The notes: generated from the letters alone by a model not told the origin. Shown: positions 17,392 to 27,488, counted from the stretch's first letter. The stretch is DNA of 64,000 bases from Candidatus Aenigmatarchaeota archaeon (GCA_003554845.1 PWHK01000017.1:11242-75241), one strand, 5' to 3'. Numbers and translations are program-made.

Positions 17392-18537
17392 TTACACTTC
17401 CCTTGTGATGATGTAGTCTGCCAGACCCTTCAGAAACTCTGTGATTTCTGGGTCCAGTTTATCTTCATCCAGGGCCTTCTTTCCCTCTTCTGCAAGTTTT
17501 ACAGTTAGCCTTCTCGAGTAGTCATAGGATCCTGTCTCCTTGACAACCCTTCTGACCTCCTCTATCTGTTCATCTGTGACATCTCTGTTGCCGAGCGCGT
17601 CCAGTATAGTCTTTCTCTGCTTTTCGTCGCTGTTTTCAAGGGCCTTGAGTATAAGCAGCGTTCTCTTTCCCTCCTTGAGGTCGGAATCTGCTGGTTTACC
17701 AAGTTTGTCTCTGTCGCCGAAGAGTCCAAGCATATCATCATATACCTGGAAAGCCTTTCCGACATTTTCTCCGTATTTTTTCAGTACATCTATCTGTTCT
17801 TTGGTTCCCTTTCCAAATATAGCTCCCATCTCAAGTGGTCCTGCTATGGTATACTGTGCTGTTTTGAGATGGTGCACAGTAAGCACATCTTTCTCGGTTA
17901 CGTTCTCGACATCCTTTTCATTGAATGTAACATCTAGAACTTGGCCGTATCCTGTGTGTCTATGTATCTGTTCGAACTTTTGCAGGGCCTCTATCTTTGT
18001 CTTATCGTCGAAATCCGTCTTAAGTATCTGTGACACTGCAAATGAGTTTGCTATATCACCGGCGATTATTCCCATATTTTCACCGAACTTTTCAGGCCTG
18101 TCCCCGGAGAACTTTTTTTTGTGGTACCTCTCGTACATTTTATGGAGCGTATCGTCCCCTCTTCGGAGATCGTCCTCGTCCATGATATCGTCGTGTACAA
18201 GAAGATAGGACTGAAGAGCCTCTATAGACAGAGAAGCAGGCAGTATGTTTTCTTCATCTTCACCACCGACGGCCTTGTAACCTGCTATTATTAGAGCAGG
18301 TCTCACCCTTTTACCTCCCCTCATGGTGTAGTCCTTGAGATATTCTATTACCTTTACACCCTCGGAATGTATCCTTTCTCCCCTTTTCTTATGTTCCTTG
18401 AACTCCTTCCGAAGTTCTTTGTTTATCTTTTTCTGCCATTTTTTTAGTTCTTCTATGGCACTATCCATTCTTTCTTTGTCGACTTCAATATCTTCGATCA
18501 TTTTATCATACTGATGATGTTCTTTGTTTATAAACAT
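17392..18537 (-). CDS. Geranylgeranyl diphosphate synthase (trans-isoprenyl diphosphate synthase) with ~55-aa N-terminal coiled-coil extension
   Basis: First aspartate-rich motif LVHDDIMDEDDLRRG and second motif FQVYDDMLG. Confidence 0.85.
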   Translation of the reverse strand: MFINKEHHQYDKMIEDIEVDKERMDSAIEELKKWQKKINKELRKEFKEHKKRGERIHSEGVKVIEYLKDYTMRGGKRVRPALIIAGYKAVGGEDEENILPASLSIEALQSYLLVHDDIMDEDDLRRGDDTLHKMYERYHKKKFSGDRPEKFGENMGIIAGDIANSFAVSQILKTDFDDKTKIEALQKFEQIHRHTGYGQVLDVTFNEKDVENVTEKDVLTVHHLKTAQYTIAGPLEMGAIFGKGTKEQIDVLKKYGENVGKAFQVYDDMLGLFGDRDKLGKPADSDLKEGKRTLLILKALENSDEKQRKTILDALGNRDVTDEQIEEVRRVVKETGSYDYSRRLTVKLAEEGKKALDEDKLDPEITEFLKGLADYIITREV

Positions 18538-18576
18538 TCGTCATTTATATAGTATCTTCAACGACCTTTGTCTAAC

Positions 18577-19626
18577 CTACAGATCAAGATATTCCTTCAT
18601 AACTCCTGTTATTCTAAATCTGGTTTCTGACAGTTCCTCGAGGTTCTTTGAGCCTGTAACAAACATTGCAGTTTCAAGCTCCTCGATAGTTCTGTTTATC
18701 CTCTGGACAACAGCCTCACTGCTTTCCATGGCCGGTTCGAGGAAAGGAAGTGCTGCTGCAGTGCATCTGGCACCTATTGCCACGGACTTCGCGACGTCAA
18801 GGCCGTTTCTTATCCCACCGCTTGCCACAACATAGGGATGTACCTTGCTGGCAAGTAGGGTAGATGCCACGGTTGGTATTCCCCATCCTTTGAAAACTTT
18901 ACCTATATATGCCTTGGTTTTATTTCCAGCGGCATCTGCTCTGTATGACTCTATATAGGGCCATGAAGTACCTCCCTTGCCCCCTGTATTTATTATATCT
19001 ACATCTATACTGTCCAGCTTCTTTGCAGTTCTGCGCGAAATTCCACACCCCGTTTCCTTTACCATTACAGGAACGCTCAGTTCCTCTGTCACCCTCTTTA
19101 TCTCCTCTATGCAACCATATGCATCTACATCACCCTCGGGCTGTGCAGCCTCCTGGGTAAAGTTGAGATGTATTGCCATGGCATCCGCATCTATCATTCC
19201 AACGGCTCTTTCTATATCGTCTGTACTGTACTCCCTGAGCTGTGCTGCTCCTATGTTTCCATATACAAATGCCTTCGGAGCCTCTTCTCTTACAACGGAG
19301 TAGGTTTCGGCCAGATCTTCGTCCTCCAATGCCGCCCTCTGGCTTCCTACACCTATGCCGATTCCACATTTTTCTGCAGCAGATGCAAGCCTTCTGTTTA
19401 TATCCATGCCTCTCATGCTGCCTCCTGTGATAGAGTCTATAAGAATCGGCGCATTCAGTGTATGGTTGAGAATCTTACAGGATGTGTCTATACTGTCTTT
19501 GTTTATCTCTGGGAGGGCGTTGTGTTCGAGATGTACGTCCTTGAAACCTGCTCCTCCTATCTCGACTTCTCTTTCCAGAGATATTCTTATATGGTCGTCC
19601 TTCCGGTTCGATGTTTCTTGTGACAT
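18577..19626 (-). CDS. fni: Isopentenyl-diphosphate delta-isomerase type 2 (FMN-dependent)
   Basis: 349 aa TIM-barrel with INTGGKGGTSW and VVASGGIRNGLDVAKSVAIGA. Confidence 0.85.
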   Translation of the reverse strand: MSQETSNRKDDHIRISLEREVEIGGAGFKDVHLEHNALPEINKDSIDTSCKILNHTLNAPILIDSITGGSMRGMDINRRLASAAEKCGIGIGVGSQRAALEDEDLAETYSVVREEAPKAFVYGNIGAAQLREYSTDDIERAVGMIDADAMAIHLNFTQEAAQPEGDVDAYGCIEEIKRVTEELSVPVMVKETGCGISRRTAKKLDSIDVDIINTGGKGGTSWPYIESYRADAAGNKTKAYIGKVFKGWGIPTVASTLLASKVHPYVVASGGIRNGLDVAKSVAIGARCTAAALPFLEPAMESSEAVVQRINRTIEELETAMFVTGSKNLEELSETRFRITGVMKEYLDL

Positions 19627-19637
19627 ACAGTTCTCCC

Positions 19638-20156
19638 TCAGACAGATTTTTTGATAAGATCGAGTATTTTTTTCTTTATATTTCTACTGCTACTTCTTGT
19701 TATCCAGATTATTTTTCCTCTGTCCTGGAACTTATCCACGAGGTTTGTGTGGAGTGTTGCGATAAGTAGGCTGTCGGATTCTATAGCCTTGTCAAGCATT
19801 TTCTTGAAGTTATCGGAGTGGAGTTCCATTGCACCTATCTCGTCTATGGCTATGCCTTCTGTGTCCTCTATATCTTCTTCTACCTTTTCGGAGAACATTT
19901 TAAGGCCCTCTAGATTTACCCTGTACTTACTGACCGATGGACCCTTTTCTATATCGATCGAGGCCAGGACACCCCTATCTCCTGTTATTATATCCTCTAT
20001 ATGAAACCCTTTTCTTTTACCGTCTTCCCTCATCTCAGGCGTCAGGAACCCGCAGAAATCAATATCCAACTCTTCTACTATATCTTTTAACAGGGCAGTC
20101 TTACCAGAACCCGGCTTTCCAGTTAGGAATATGTTCATGTAAACCCCCGTGGCCAT
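19638..20156 (-). CDS. Nucleoside-triphosphatase THEP1 family
   Basis: Walker A MNIFLTGKPGSGKT; 172 aa. Confidence 0.75.
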   Translation of the reverse strand: MATGVYMNIFLTGKPGSGKTALLKDIVEELDIDFCGFLTPEMREDGKRKGFHIEDIITGDRGVLASIDIEKGPSVSKYRVNLEGLKMFSEKVEEDIEDTEGIAIDEIGAMELHSDNFKKMLDKAIESDSLLIATLHTNLVDKFQDRGKIIWITRSSSRNIKKKILDLIKKSV

Positions 20157-20209
20157 AAGACCCAGAAATCTTAAGGATAATTGTTGGCTTATGTTTTTAA
20201 GTCTTTTGA

Positions 20210-20587
20210 TCAGTTTTCAAAGTTACTGAGGTCCTTTTCGCCGAAGTATTTTTTCTTTGCCGACTTCATTGTTCCCGATACACCCAGTGATCTTATAGAG
20301 ACCTCTGATTCGCCTATTCTGTTTATAAGCGCCATGGCAAGCCTTACCTCGCTTACATGTCTATGGCTGCACTTTATAAGCCCCCTCTTAGTTTTTTTTC
20401 TCCATGCATCTTTTACAAGCCAGAAGTCTATTTCACCTGTATTTACTTCACCAAATAGATCTAAAATAGAGCTCCAAAGTGCGTTTATAAGATCCCCGAA
20501 GTCTATATCCTCCTCCGAAAGTATTTCGAATGCTATGTACCTCTTCTTCTTTCTAAGAGACGACGGAAGTGTTTCGGGCCTTGACAT
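20210..20587 (-). CDS. rnp2: RNase P protein subunit Pop5 (Rnp2)
   Basis: LPSSLRKKKRYIAFEILSEE N-terminus and RRM-like fold typical of archaeal Pop5; adjacent to Rpp30. Confidence 0.75.
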   Translation of the reverse strand: MSRPETLPSSLRKKKRYIAFEILSEEDIDFGDLINALWSSILDLFGEVNTGEIDFWLVKDAWRKKTKRGLIKCSHRHVSEVRLAMALINRIGESEVSIRSLGVSGTMKSAKKKYFGEKDLSNFEN

Positions 20588-20618
20588 AGATATAACCTTT
20601 ACTTGTGGCTGCAGAGTG

Positions 20619-21365
20619 CTACAGCCTTTCTACTCCTCCCTTTTTGATCCTTCCTCCGAGTTTCTTTCGGTTGTTTTTTACAATTTTATGTGGAACGGTC
20701 GAGACTGTGTCCATCGCCTTCGATGGATCCACTCCGAGGACCTTTGGGAGAGACGCAAGCTCCCTGGGTCCTCTCATACCGTATATGTCTCTGGCTCCGG
20801 AGACTACAATGAACTGCACTCCGTACTTTTCACAGAGTTCTATGGACTTTCTTATATGGTTTATGACATGGGACCTCACCTTTCCATATGTCTGATGAAG
20901 GTCGTGCATAACAAATCCTATGGTGACGTTTTTTTCTGCCGCCATCTTCGCAGTCTTGTGGTCCATTCCAGTGTCCTTTCTCCTATGTTCAGGATGTAGG
21001 AGTATGTCGACCCTTCTGTCCCTTGTGGCTGCGGTGTTTATGTCGAAATTCCCGCCCTTGACCAATATAACATCGACCTTCTGTCTCGTTTTACCTATCT
21101 TATTTTTCATATCCCTCGGGTTGTCTGCCTTTATTTCACAGCATCTCACAAGATCTATGTCTAGATCTCCGCCGAGGTTGTCCATCTCCTCGAGATATTT
21201 GTTTAACATCTTCTTGTTATCATACCTATGTGCCGGACCGATACCGCTGAAGTTCATCTTCATTGCAGTTTCAACGGCCTCTTCTATGTCATCGACGGGT
21301 ACATATAGATCGTAAAAGTTCATATCCATCCTGTCTTTTAGTTTGTACTTAAATCTTATAAACAT
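20619..21365 (-). CDS. rnp3: RNase P protein subunit Rpp30 (Rnp3), PHP/TIM-barrel
   Basis: 248 aa with DVILVKGGNFDINTAATRDRRVDILLHPE and FVMHDLHQ motifs of the Rpp30 family. Confidence 0.75.
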   Translation of the reverse strand: MFIRFKYKLKDRMDMNFYDLYVPVDDIEEAVETAMKMNFSGIGPAHRYDNKKMLNKYLEEMDNLGGDLDIDLVRCCEIKADNPRDMKNKIGKTRQKVDVILVKGGNFDINTAATRDRRVDILLHPEHRRKDTGMDHKTAKMAAEKNVTIGFVMHDLHQTYGKVRSHVINHIRKSIELCEKYGVQFIVVSGARDIYGMRGPRELASLPKVLGVDPSKAMDTVSTVPHKIVKNNRKKLGGRIKKGGVERL

Positions 21366-21404
21366 GGCGAAATGGATTTAAACCCCTCTACAACAGTTTA
21401 AAAC

Positions 21405-21677
21405 ATGTCTGTAAGAAAACATCTCTTTATAGAAGGTAGGGTTCAGGGAGTTACCTTCAGGGCGAGTACACGGAGGATGGCAGATAAACTGGGTTTGGAT
21501 GGATGGGTCAGAAATCTTTCGGATGGAGGTGTCGAGGCTGTCTTTGAAGGCGATAGAGAAGACGTTGAAAGAATGGTCGATTGGTGCCGAAGAGGTCCTG
21601 CGCCTGCCAAAGTAGAGAATGTGAGAGAAAAAGACGAACAACCGGTGGGTCTAGAGGGTTTTGAAATAAAGTACTGA
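21405..21677 (+). CDS. acyP: Acylphosphatase
   Basis: VQGVTFRASTRRMADKLGLDGWVRNLSDGGVEAVFEG matches the acylphosphatase signature. Confidence 0.9.
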   Translation: MSVRKHLFIEGRVQGVTFRASTRRMADKLGLDGWVRNLSDGGVEAVFEGDREDVERMVDWCRRGPAPAKVENVREKDEQPVGLEGFEIKY

Positions 21678-21682
21678 TGTGT

Positions 21683-22147
21683 CTATCTCAGAGATCTGTT
21701 CTTTTCATTGTCCTTGCATATCCAGTTTAGATCTTTGTCGCTCTTTATGGCTTCATGTTCGGGATCAACAAGAATTACCTCGAACCATTTGTGTTTACCG
21801 TCTTCTGCAACCCAATAGGAGTTAAGCACTCTCATATTAGGAAACTTCTTTGACGTTCTTTGTTCGGCTATCTTCTGTTTTGACTTGTCTCTGGGGTTCT
21901 TTGATCCTGCCTTAGTTGTTTTCCTTCCACCGGAAACCTTTCTTCTTTTCCTTGTACCCTTCTTTACCTTGGTTCTTGCTAGAACTACTCCCTGCTTCGA
22001 CTTGTAGCCCTTCTCCCTTGCTCTGTCGAGTCTCGTGGGCCTCTCGATCTTCTTTATTGTACTTTCCTTTCTGAACTTCTTTAGTCTCTTCTTTACCTGT
22101 GCGTCGGGCTTCTTCCAGGATTCCTTTATGTGTTTGTACATTCCCAT
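21683..22147 (-). CDS. rpl15e: 50S ribosomal protein L15e
   Basis: MGMYKHIKESWKKP...RPTRLDRAREKGYKSKQGVVLARTKVKKG is diagnostic. Confidence 0.9.
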   Translation of the reverse strand: MGMYKHIKESWKKPDAQVKKRLKKFRKESTIKKIERPTRLDRAREKGYKSKQGVVLARTKVKKGTRKRRKVSGGRKTTKAGSKNPRDKSKQKIAEQRTSKKFPNMRVLNSYWVAEDGKHKWFEVILVDPEHEAIKSDKDLNWICKDNEKNRSLR

Positions 22148-22281
22148 GGTATCACCAGAGATAACATTCCTTCAGGTTCTAAACTTTTAAATGTTTCGAA
22201 TATATGTCTTTTCCGGCATAAAATCCTCTATGGATACACCGAAATCTCTCATATCTTCTTCAGTGTGTGCGGTGCAAAACC

Positions 22282-22911
22282 CTAGATTGCAGGCACGAAT
22301 GCCATTATTCCTTCTGGTGTTGTCAGAACTCCGCCGTATATGGCCACAAAGCCAACTGCAAGCACTACGGTTACTCCTACAAGAGCCTCTACCATTCCTA
22401 TTCCGAAAAGCTCCTTTGCAAGTCTAAACATCGATGAGTAGGCTACTGCAAAGAATATGGCTACAAATACAGCTGCGATTACAGGTCCAACTACAGGCAC
22501 GTAGCTGAAAACCATTGCAAGAAGTATACCCACACTTACCGAAAATGCAGGATATGCTACTGTTGTAAGGCCGTTCCAGTAGTCGCCTTCTCCACCTAGG
22601 ACGTTCATTACGGTCTTTGTTAGGAAACCGAAGAACATAACTCCCAGGAAAACCATGAAAAAGGTTCCTGTGGCCAGGTTTACTGTGCCCATATTGAGAA
22701 CCGAAACAACCAGTTCAGGTCCTGTTATCTGTAGGTCCATGGATTCGATAAGTCTCAGACCTACGTATGTATTGATCGAAAAAACTACTGCTGTGATCAG
22801 TGATACAATAAGGGATCCCTGCATGGTTTTTACGGCGGTTTTGCCCTTTATCTCTTCTACAGCTTCACTAGGGTTTTTTAGATAGTCTATTAAAGACATG
22901 GTCATCAGCAA
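22282..22911 (-). CDS. Yip1-domain membrane protein
   Basis: 209 aa, five predicted TM helices after a short soluble N-terminus. Confidence 0.5.
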   Translation of the reverse strand: MLMTMSLIDYLKNPSEAVEEIKGKTAVKTMQGSLIVSLITAVVFSINTYVGLRLIESMDLQITGPELVVSVLNMGTVNLATGTFFMVFLGVMFFGFLTKTVMNVLGGEGDYWNGLTTVAYPAFSVSVGILLAMVFSYVPVVGPVIAAVFVAIFFAVAYSSMFRLAKELFGIGMVEALVGVTVVLAVGFVAIYGGVLTTPEGIMAFVPAI

Positions 22912-22944
22912 AAGAATTGTGCGCGGCAGTTAATAAATCTTACT

Positions 22945-23916
22945 TTACCATGTTATTTCTACGTCGTCGGTTCTCCAGTTCTGTATAAAGGCTGTGTCAT
23001 TCAGCTTATCTCCGCCGCTGTTTCTGTACTTCAGGATACCAAGCCATGCCATCATTGTTCCGTTGTCGCCTGCAAGGCTGTGGGGTACAGTATAGAATTC
23101 TGCACCTCTTTCATTGCACATGGTAGAGAGCATCTCCTGAAGTCTTTTGTTGGCTGCTACTCCACCTGTGAGAAGGACCTCGTCTTTTCCTGCATGTGCC
23201 ATGGCCCTCTCGACGGCTTCTGTGAGCATTGCAAATATTGTTTCTTGTAGAGAGTAACATACGTCTTCCAGATCCTCTTCGTCCAACTTTCTCATGGCCT
23301 CGGTCATGACACCCGAAAACGACATGTCCATTCCCTTCACAGAGTAGGGAAGATCTATGTATTTTGATCCCCTCTTTGCATGTTTTTCCACCTTAGGACC
23401 TCCTGGGTGTTTCAGACCACATTCCCTCGCGAACTTGTCCAGTGCGTTTCCTACCGGGGTATCAAGAACCTCTCCAAACACACGGTACTTTCCCGAAGAA
23501 AGAGCTATAACCTGTGTGTTTCCTCCTGATACATAAAGCGTAACAGGATCCATTGCTTCTGTCTTTAGCTTTCCTATTTCTATATGTGCAATACAGTGGT
23601 TTACTCCAACTATAGGAATATCCAGTGAAAGTGCCAGAGAACGTGCAAAAACGGCTCCTGTTCTAAGGCACGGCGGCAGTCCTGGTCCCTGTGAAAAGGC
23701 CACAAGATCTATATCCTTCTTTTCTATTCCAGCCTCTTCTAGTGCATCATCCAGAACTTTATCACATACATCCGAGTGGTGTTCGGCTGCTTCTCTTGGA
23801 TGTATACCTCCTTCTGAAGGAGTGTACATGTCGGTGACGTTGGCCAGAACCTTATCATTGTCCATAATCCCAATGCCGAAGGTATGTGCCGTTGATTCTA
23901 TTCCAAGACAGATCAT
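22945..23916 (-). CDS. kae1: tRNA N6-adenosine threonylcarbamoyltransferase Kae1 (KEOPS)
   Basis: MICLGIESTAHTFGIGI and metal-binding HCIAHIE motifs; 323 aa, not fused to Bud32. Confidence 0.9.
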   Translation of the reverse strand: MICLGIESTAHTFGIGIMDNDKVLANVTDMYTPSEGGIHPREAAEHHSDVCDKVLDDALEEAGIEKKDIDLVAFSQGPGLPPCLRTGAVFARSLALSLDIPIVGVNHCIAHIEIGKLKTEAMDPVTLYVSGGNTQVIALSSGKYRVFGEVLDTPVGNALDKFARECGLKHPGGPKVEKHAKRGSKYIDLPYSVKGMDMSFSGVMTEAMRKLDEEDLEDVCYSLQETIFAMLTEAVERAMAHAGKDEVLLTGGVAANKRLQEMLSTMCNERGAEFYTVPHSLAGDNGTMMAWLGILKYRNSGGDKLNDTAFIQNWRTDDVEITW

Positions 23917-24001
23917 AGTACCAATGATATCTACAGTGAGCAGTTTTTAATATATTTTTTGAAAGTTTTAAAACCCATGAACCATAAGTTCTAATGGTAA
24001 A

Positions 24002-25963
24002 ATGAATACAGTGATCTTGGCTGCACTTGCTTCGGTTGTATCTCTTACCTTCGCAGGATTTCTGACACTCAAGATAAGAAAAAAGGATAGAGGCCCGGAA
24101 AAGGCCATAGAGATGTCGGATCATATAAAAGAGGGCGCCAGGACGTTTCTAACACAGGAGTTCAAATACCTAGCCGCTGTGGTTGTGATTATATCTGCAG
24201 TGCTCCTTTACTTCATAAATCCAGAGACGGCCCTCACGTTCATATTCGGTGCCTTTCTGAGTTCCCTGGCCGGTGTTATAGGAATGTCCACGGCCACATC
24301 TTCAAACTCCAAGACGTCCGAGGCCGTAAAGAGCAGTCTGGGGGAAGGATTGGACGTGGCATTTTCTTCGGGAACTGTTATGGGTATGTCGGTAGTAGGT
24401 TTTGGTCTTCTTGGAATCACAGCTTTTTACCTTATATTTCCCGATCCGCAGGTGTTGTTTGGTTTCGCCTTTGGTGCTTCATCAGTCGCGCTTTTTTCCC
24501 GTGTAGGCGGCGGAATATATACAAAAACAGCAGATATGGGCGCCGATCTCGTGGGAAAGGTCGAGGAGGACATACCCGAGGACGATCCACGCAACCCAGG
24601 TGTTATAGCAGACAACGTTGGAGATAACGTAGGAGATGTGGCGGCAATGGGCGCCGATCTCTTTGAATCGTATGTCGAGGCTATAATAGCTACAATGGCC
24701 ATAGGAGCCTTGACTTTGAATGTAACAGGAGCAGTTGTTCTCCCACTTTTCATAGGTGCCGCTGGTATAGTGGCATCTCTCGTAGGTTACTTCCTTGTCG
24801 GTGGTTCTGGTGATCTACACTGGGCTCTTAACAGAGGGACCTTTGGTGCCGCTGGAATTTCAGTTATTCTAATGTATCTCGGCGTCATCTACATTTTTCC
24901 GGACATGGGAATGGGAGTATTTTACTCGATAGTTTTCGGACTTATCGCCGGTATGGTGATAGGACTGGTTACAGAATACTATACAGCAAGCAAACACAGG
25001 CCTACAAAAAAGATAGCAGAGGAGTCGACAGGTGGTGCAGCAACTAATATAATAGCAGGTCTTTCAACGGGAATGATATCTACAGTTGTTCCCATGCTAA
25101 CGGTTTCTGCCGCAATGCTGCTTTCGTACCATTTTGCAGGGCTCTATGGAATAGGGATAGCCTCCATAGGAATGCTTTCGACCCTTGGTATAACCCTTGC
25201 TACAGACTGTTATGGTCCGGTCGCAGACAACGCCGCCGGTATAGCAGAGATGGCAGACATGGGACAGAAAGTAAGGGAGAGGGCAGAGTCCCTTGACTCC
25301 ATAGGAAACACAACGGCTGCGATAGGAAAGGGCTTTGCTATAGGTTCTGCCGCCCTTGCATCACTGACGCTTTTTGTAACATATACACAGAACGTAGGTC
25401 TTGAGGCAGTGGATGTATCCCTTACAGACCCGCTTATAGTTACAGGCCTCTTCATAGGGGCCCTGCTTCCCTTTGTATTTTCTGCACTGACCATGAGGTC
25501 GGTTGGTAGAAGCGCAAGCAAGATGATAGATGAGATAAGAAGACAGTTCAGGGACATGGATATACTGTCTGGGAAGGAGAAGCCGGACTATTCCAGGTGT
25601 ATACAGATATCAACGGACTCCGCGCTCAAAGAGATGATTGTTCCAGGCGTTCTTGCAATAGTTTCTCCTATAGCTGTGGGTATTGTATTGGGGCCCGAGG
25701 CCCTTGCGGGTATGCTTGCAGGAAACATATCCACAGGTTTTCTTCTGGCAGTGACAATGTCCAACTCGGGTGGTGCCTGGGATAATGCTAAAAAGTATGT
25801 AGAAGAGGGAAATCTTGGTGGGAAGGGATCGGATACACACAAGGCCACCGTTGTGGGCGATACTGTAGGTGATCCAATGAAGGATACGTCGGGCCCCTCC
25901 CTAAATGTCCTGATAAAGCTTGTTGCTATGACATCTCTTATATTCATCCCTCTTTTAATCTAA
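24002..25963 (+). CDS. hppA: Membrane-bound H+-translocating pyrophosphatase
   Basis: 653 aa polytopic; GGGIYTKTADMGADLVGKVE, DNVGDNVGD, DTVGDPMKDTSGPSLN motifs of the V-PPase family. Confidence 0.9.
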   Translation: MNTVILAALASVVSLTFAGFLTLKIRKKDRGPEKAIEMSDHIKEGARTFLTQEFKYLAAVVVIISAVLLYFINPETALTFIFGAFLSSLAGVIGMSTATSSNSKTSEAVKSSLGEGLDVAFSSGTVMGMSVVGFGLLGITAFYLIFPDPQVLFGFAFGASSVALFSRVGGGIYTKTADMGADLVGKVEEDIPEDDPRNPGVIADNVGDNVGDVAAMGADLFESYVEAIIATMAIGALTLNVTGAVVLPLFIGAAGIVASLVGYFLVGGSGDLHWALNRGTFGAAGISVILMYLGVIYIFPDMGMGVFYSIVFGLIAGMVIGLVTEYYTASKHRPTKKIAEESTGGAATNIIAGLSTGMISTVVPMLTVSAAMLLSYHFAGLYGIGIASIGMLSTLGITLATDCYGPVADNAAGIAEMADMGQKVRERAESLDSIGNTTAAIGKGFAIGSAALASLTLFVTYTQNVGLEAVDVSLTDPLIVTGLFIGALLPFVFSALTMRSVGRSASKMIDEIRRQFRDMDILSGKEKPDYSRCIQISTDSALKEMIVPGVLAIVSPIAVGIVLGPEALAGMLAGNISTGFLLAVTMSNSGGAWDNAKKYVEEGNLGGKGSDTHKATVVGDTVGDPMKDTSGPSLNVLIKLVAMTSLIFIPLLI

Positions 25964-26018
25964 AGACGGATTCTTAAGGTTCCTTTGTAAAGCTCCTTGA
26001 ACCATAGAAAAATAGTCT

Positions 26019-26204
26019 CTATTCACTGTCTCCCTTTATCTCAGAGAAACCACATCTTCCACATGTTAGCCTGTCTCTATGTTCCGCGAGAAAAACACCG
26101 TCTCCGCACCTAGGACAGGTCCTTCCCTTGCGTTTAACTTCGTCTCCGTCCACATCGTACTTTTCCCAAATTTTAATTTTCTTATGTTTTCCCATTCTAC
26201 TCAC
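26019..26204 (-). CDS. rps27ae: 30S ribosomal protein S27a (S31e) zinc-ribbon
   Basis: [23 protein letters not shown]; conserved S24e-S27ae gene pair. Confidence 0.85.
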   Translation of the reverse strand: MSRMGKHKKIKIWEKYDVDGDEVKRKGRTCPRCGDGVFLAEHRDRLTCGRCGFSEIKGDSE

Positions 26205-26610
26205 CTATTTTACCTTTCAGGTAGTTCTTCATTCCCTTTCTGTCTTTGTTTTTCTTTTCTTCTTCAAGGAGCTTCTTGTAGTCAGGGTCTTCCATGTTTT
26301 CTATAGCCTTTTTGGCATCGGATATGCTTCCGCCCAGAACATCTTCTTCTTCGCTTTCTTTCTCTACTTCTTCCTGTTCCCCGGAAACCTCTCCAAATTC
26401 ATCTGCCCAAAAACGGCTCTTGTGCATTCCCTTTATAGTAAATATCTTTTTAATTTCTATATTCTCCTCGTCGGTTCCGAGTTCCTCGGAAAGAAATGCT
26501 CTCAGTGAATCGGCAGACGGAGTGGGTTCTTCTGTATGGTCTACTGTTCCCTTTATGGATCTTCTATCTATAAGTGGATTCTTCTTTCTTTCCTCAATAT
26601 CTACCTTCAT
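26197..26610 (-). CDS. rps24e: 30S ribosomal protein S24e with ~45-aa C-terminal extension shared with the L31e fusion
   Basis: N-terminus [44 protein letters not shown] is S24e; C-terminus [38 protein letters not shown]. Confidence 0.85.
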   Translation of the reverse strand: MKVDIEERKKNPLIDRRSIKGTVDHTEEPTPSADSLRAFLSEELGTDEENIEIKKIFTIKGMHKSRFWADEFGEVSGEQEEVEKESEEEDVLGGSISDAKKAIENMEDPDYKKLLEEEKKNKDRKGMKNYLKGKIGE

Positions 26611-26614
26611 ATTT

Positions 26615-26830
26615 TCACCTCATTTTTATTGCGTACTTTCCTGGTGTATCTATACCTACAGTTCTGGCTATTTCAGAGTCTGGATCTACTACTATTACTA
26701 TTCCTTCCCAGTTCTTTGTCAGATCTGATGTTTTGCATGCAGGACATTCGCTACCCTGTACAAGCCTTCTGCATTCCTTACACGCTCTTTCTCTTTTTGC
26801 CATGGTAATCAAAGGGTTTATATCCAACAT
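26615..26830 (-). CDS. spt4: Transcription elongation factor Spt4 (RpoE'')
   Basis: Zinc ribbon CKECRRLVQGSECPAC plus NWEGIVIVVDPDSEIARTVGIDTPGKYAI. Confidence 0.85.
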   Translation of the reverse strand: MLDINPLITMAKRERACKECRRLVQGSECPACKTSDLTKNWEGIVIVVDPDSEIARTVGIDTPGKYAIKMR

Positions 26831-26836
26831 TTAAAT

Positions 26837-27385
26837 TTATTCTTCTTCGTCTTCCTTGTCTTCGTCCTCTAGCCACTTCAGAGCACCCAGTCTTGGCTGT
26901 TTCATTGTGAGTCCTACCTTGTTGTCCTTGGAATAGGATACGGATATTATCCTTGCGCGTACAAGATCCCCGTTTTTGAGTCGCTTTCCTGATTCCTTTC
27001 CATCCAGTGAGTCGTTCTTTTCGTCGTAGTTTACGTAGTCGTCCATGACCTGTGAGATATGGATTAGTGCGTCTATAGGACCTATTCTTACAAATCCACC
27101 GAACTCTGTTACATCGACTACCTCTCCTATAACAACCTCGTGTTCCTGTGGCTCGAAAACAAGCATCTCAAACTCCGCAGGGTAGTAGGCTGCCCCATCT
27201 TCCGGTAGTACCTTTCCTTCTCCAACGTTGACAACATCCTCTACGGAAAGAATAAAGCCTATATCCGGGTTCAGGAGGCCTTCGTACTTTTCTCTGAGGG
27301 ACTCGTATACAGACTTCTCGAGCCCCATGTTGAATTTTTCTGGGTCTACCCTTACTGTATCCTTTACGTCAATTATTTTGTACAT
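26837..27385 (-). CDS. rpoE: DNA-directed RNA polymerase subunit E' (Rpo7) with S1 domain
   Basis: MYKIIDVKDTVRVDP N-terminus and a C-terminal S1 domain; conserved rpoE-spt4 pair. Confidence 0.85.
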   Translation of the reverse strand: MYKIIDVKDTVRVDPEKFNMGLEKSVYESLREKYEGLLNPDIGFILSVEDVVNVGEGKVLPEDGAAYYPAEFEMLVFEPQEHEVVIGEVVDVTEFGGFVRIGPIDALIHISQVMDDYVNYDEKNDSLDGKESGKRLKNGDLVRARIISVSYSKDNKVGLTMKQPRLGALKWLEDEDKEDEEE

Positions 27386-27488
27386 ATTTATCTCCTTGAA
27401 ACAGCTGACACATACTTACTCCTTTCTTCTTTTATATATCTTTTTGCAGTGGTTTATCAATCTTCTGGCCTTTTACCCGGAAAATCCT

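Noticed and set aside
20181-20999. 272-aa plus-strand ORF and many other 60-300-aa ORFs antisense to strong CDSs (e.g. 33166-34056, 27228-27941, 17540-18208, 6593-7321)
   Set aside because: They lie entirely within well-supported genes on the opposite strand (Pop5/Rpp30, PFOR, RpoE', GGPPS, antiporter) and have no recognisable motifs; they are shadow ORFs typical of purine-skewed coding strands
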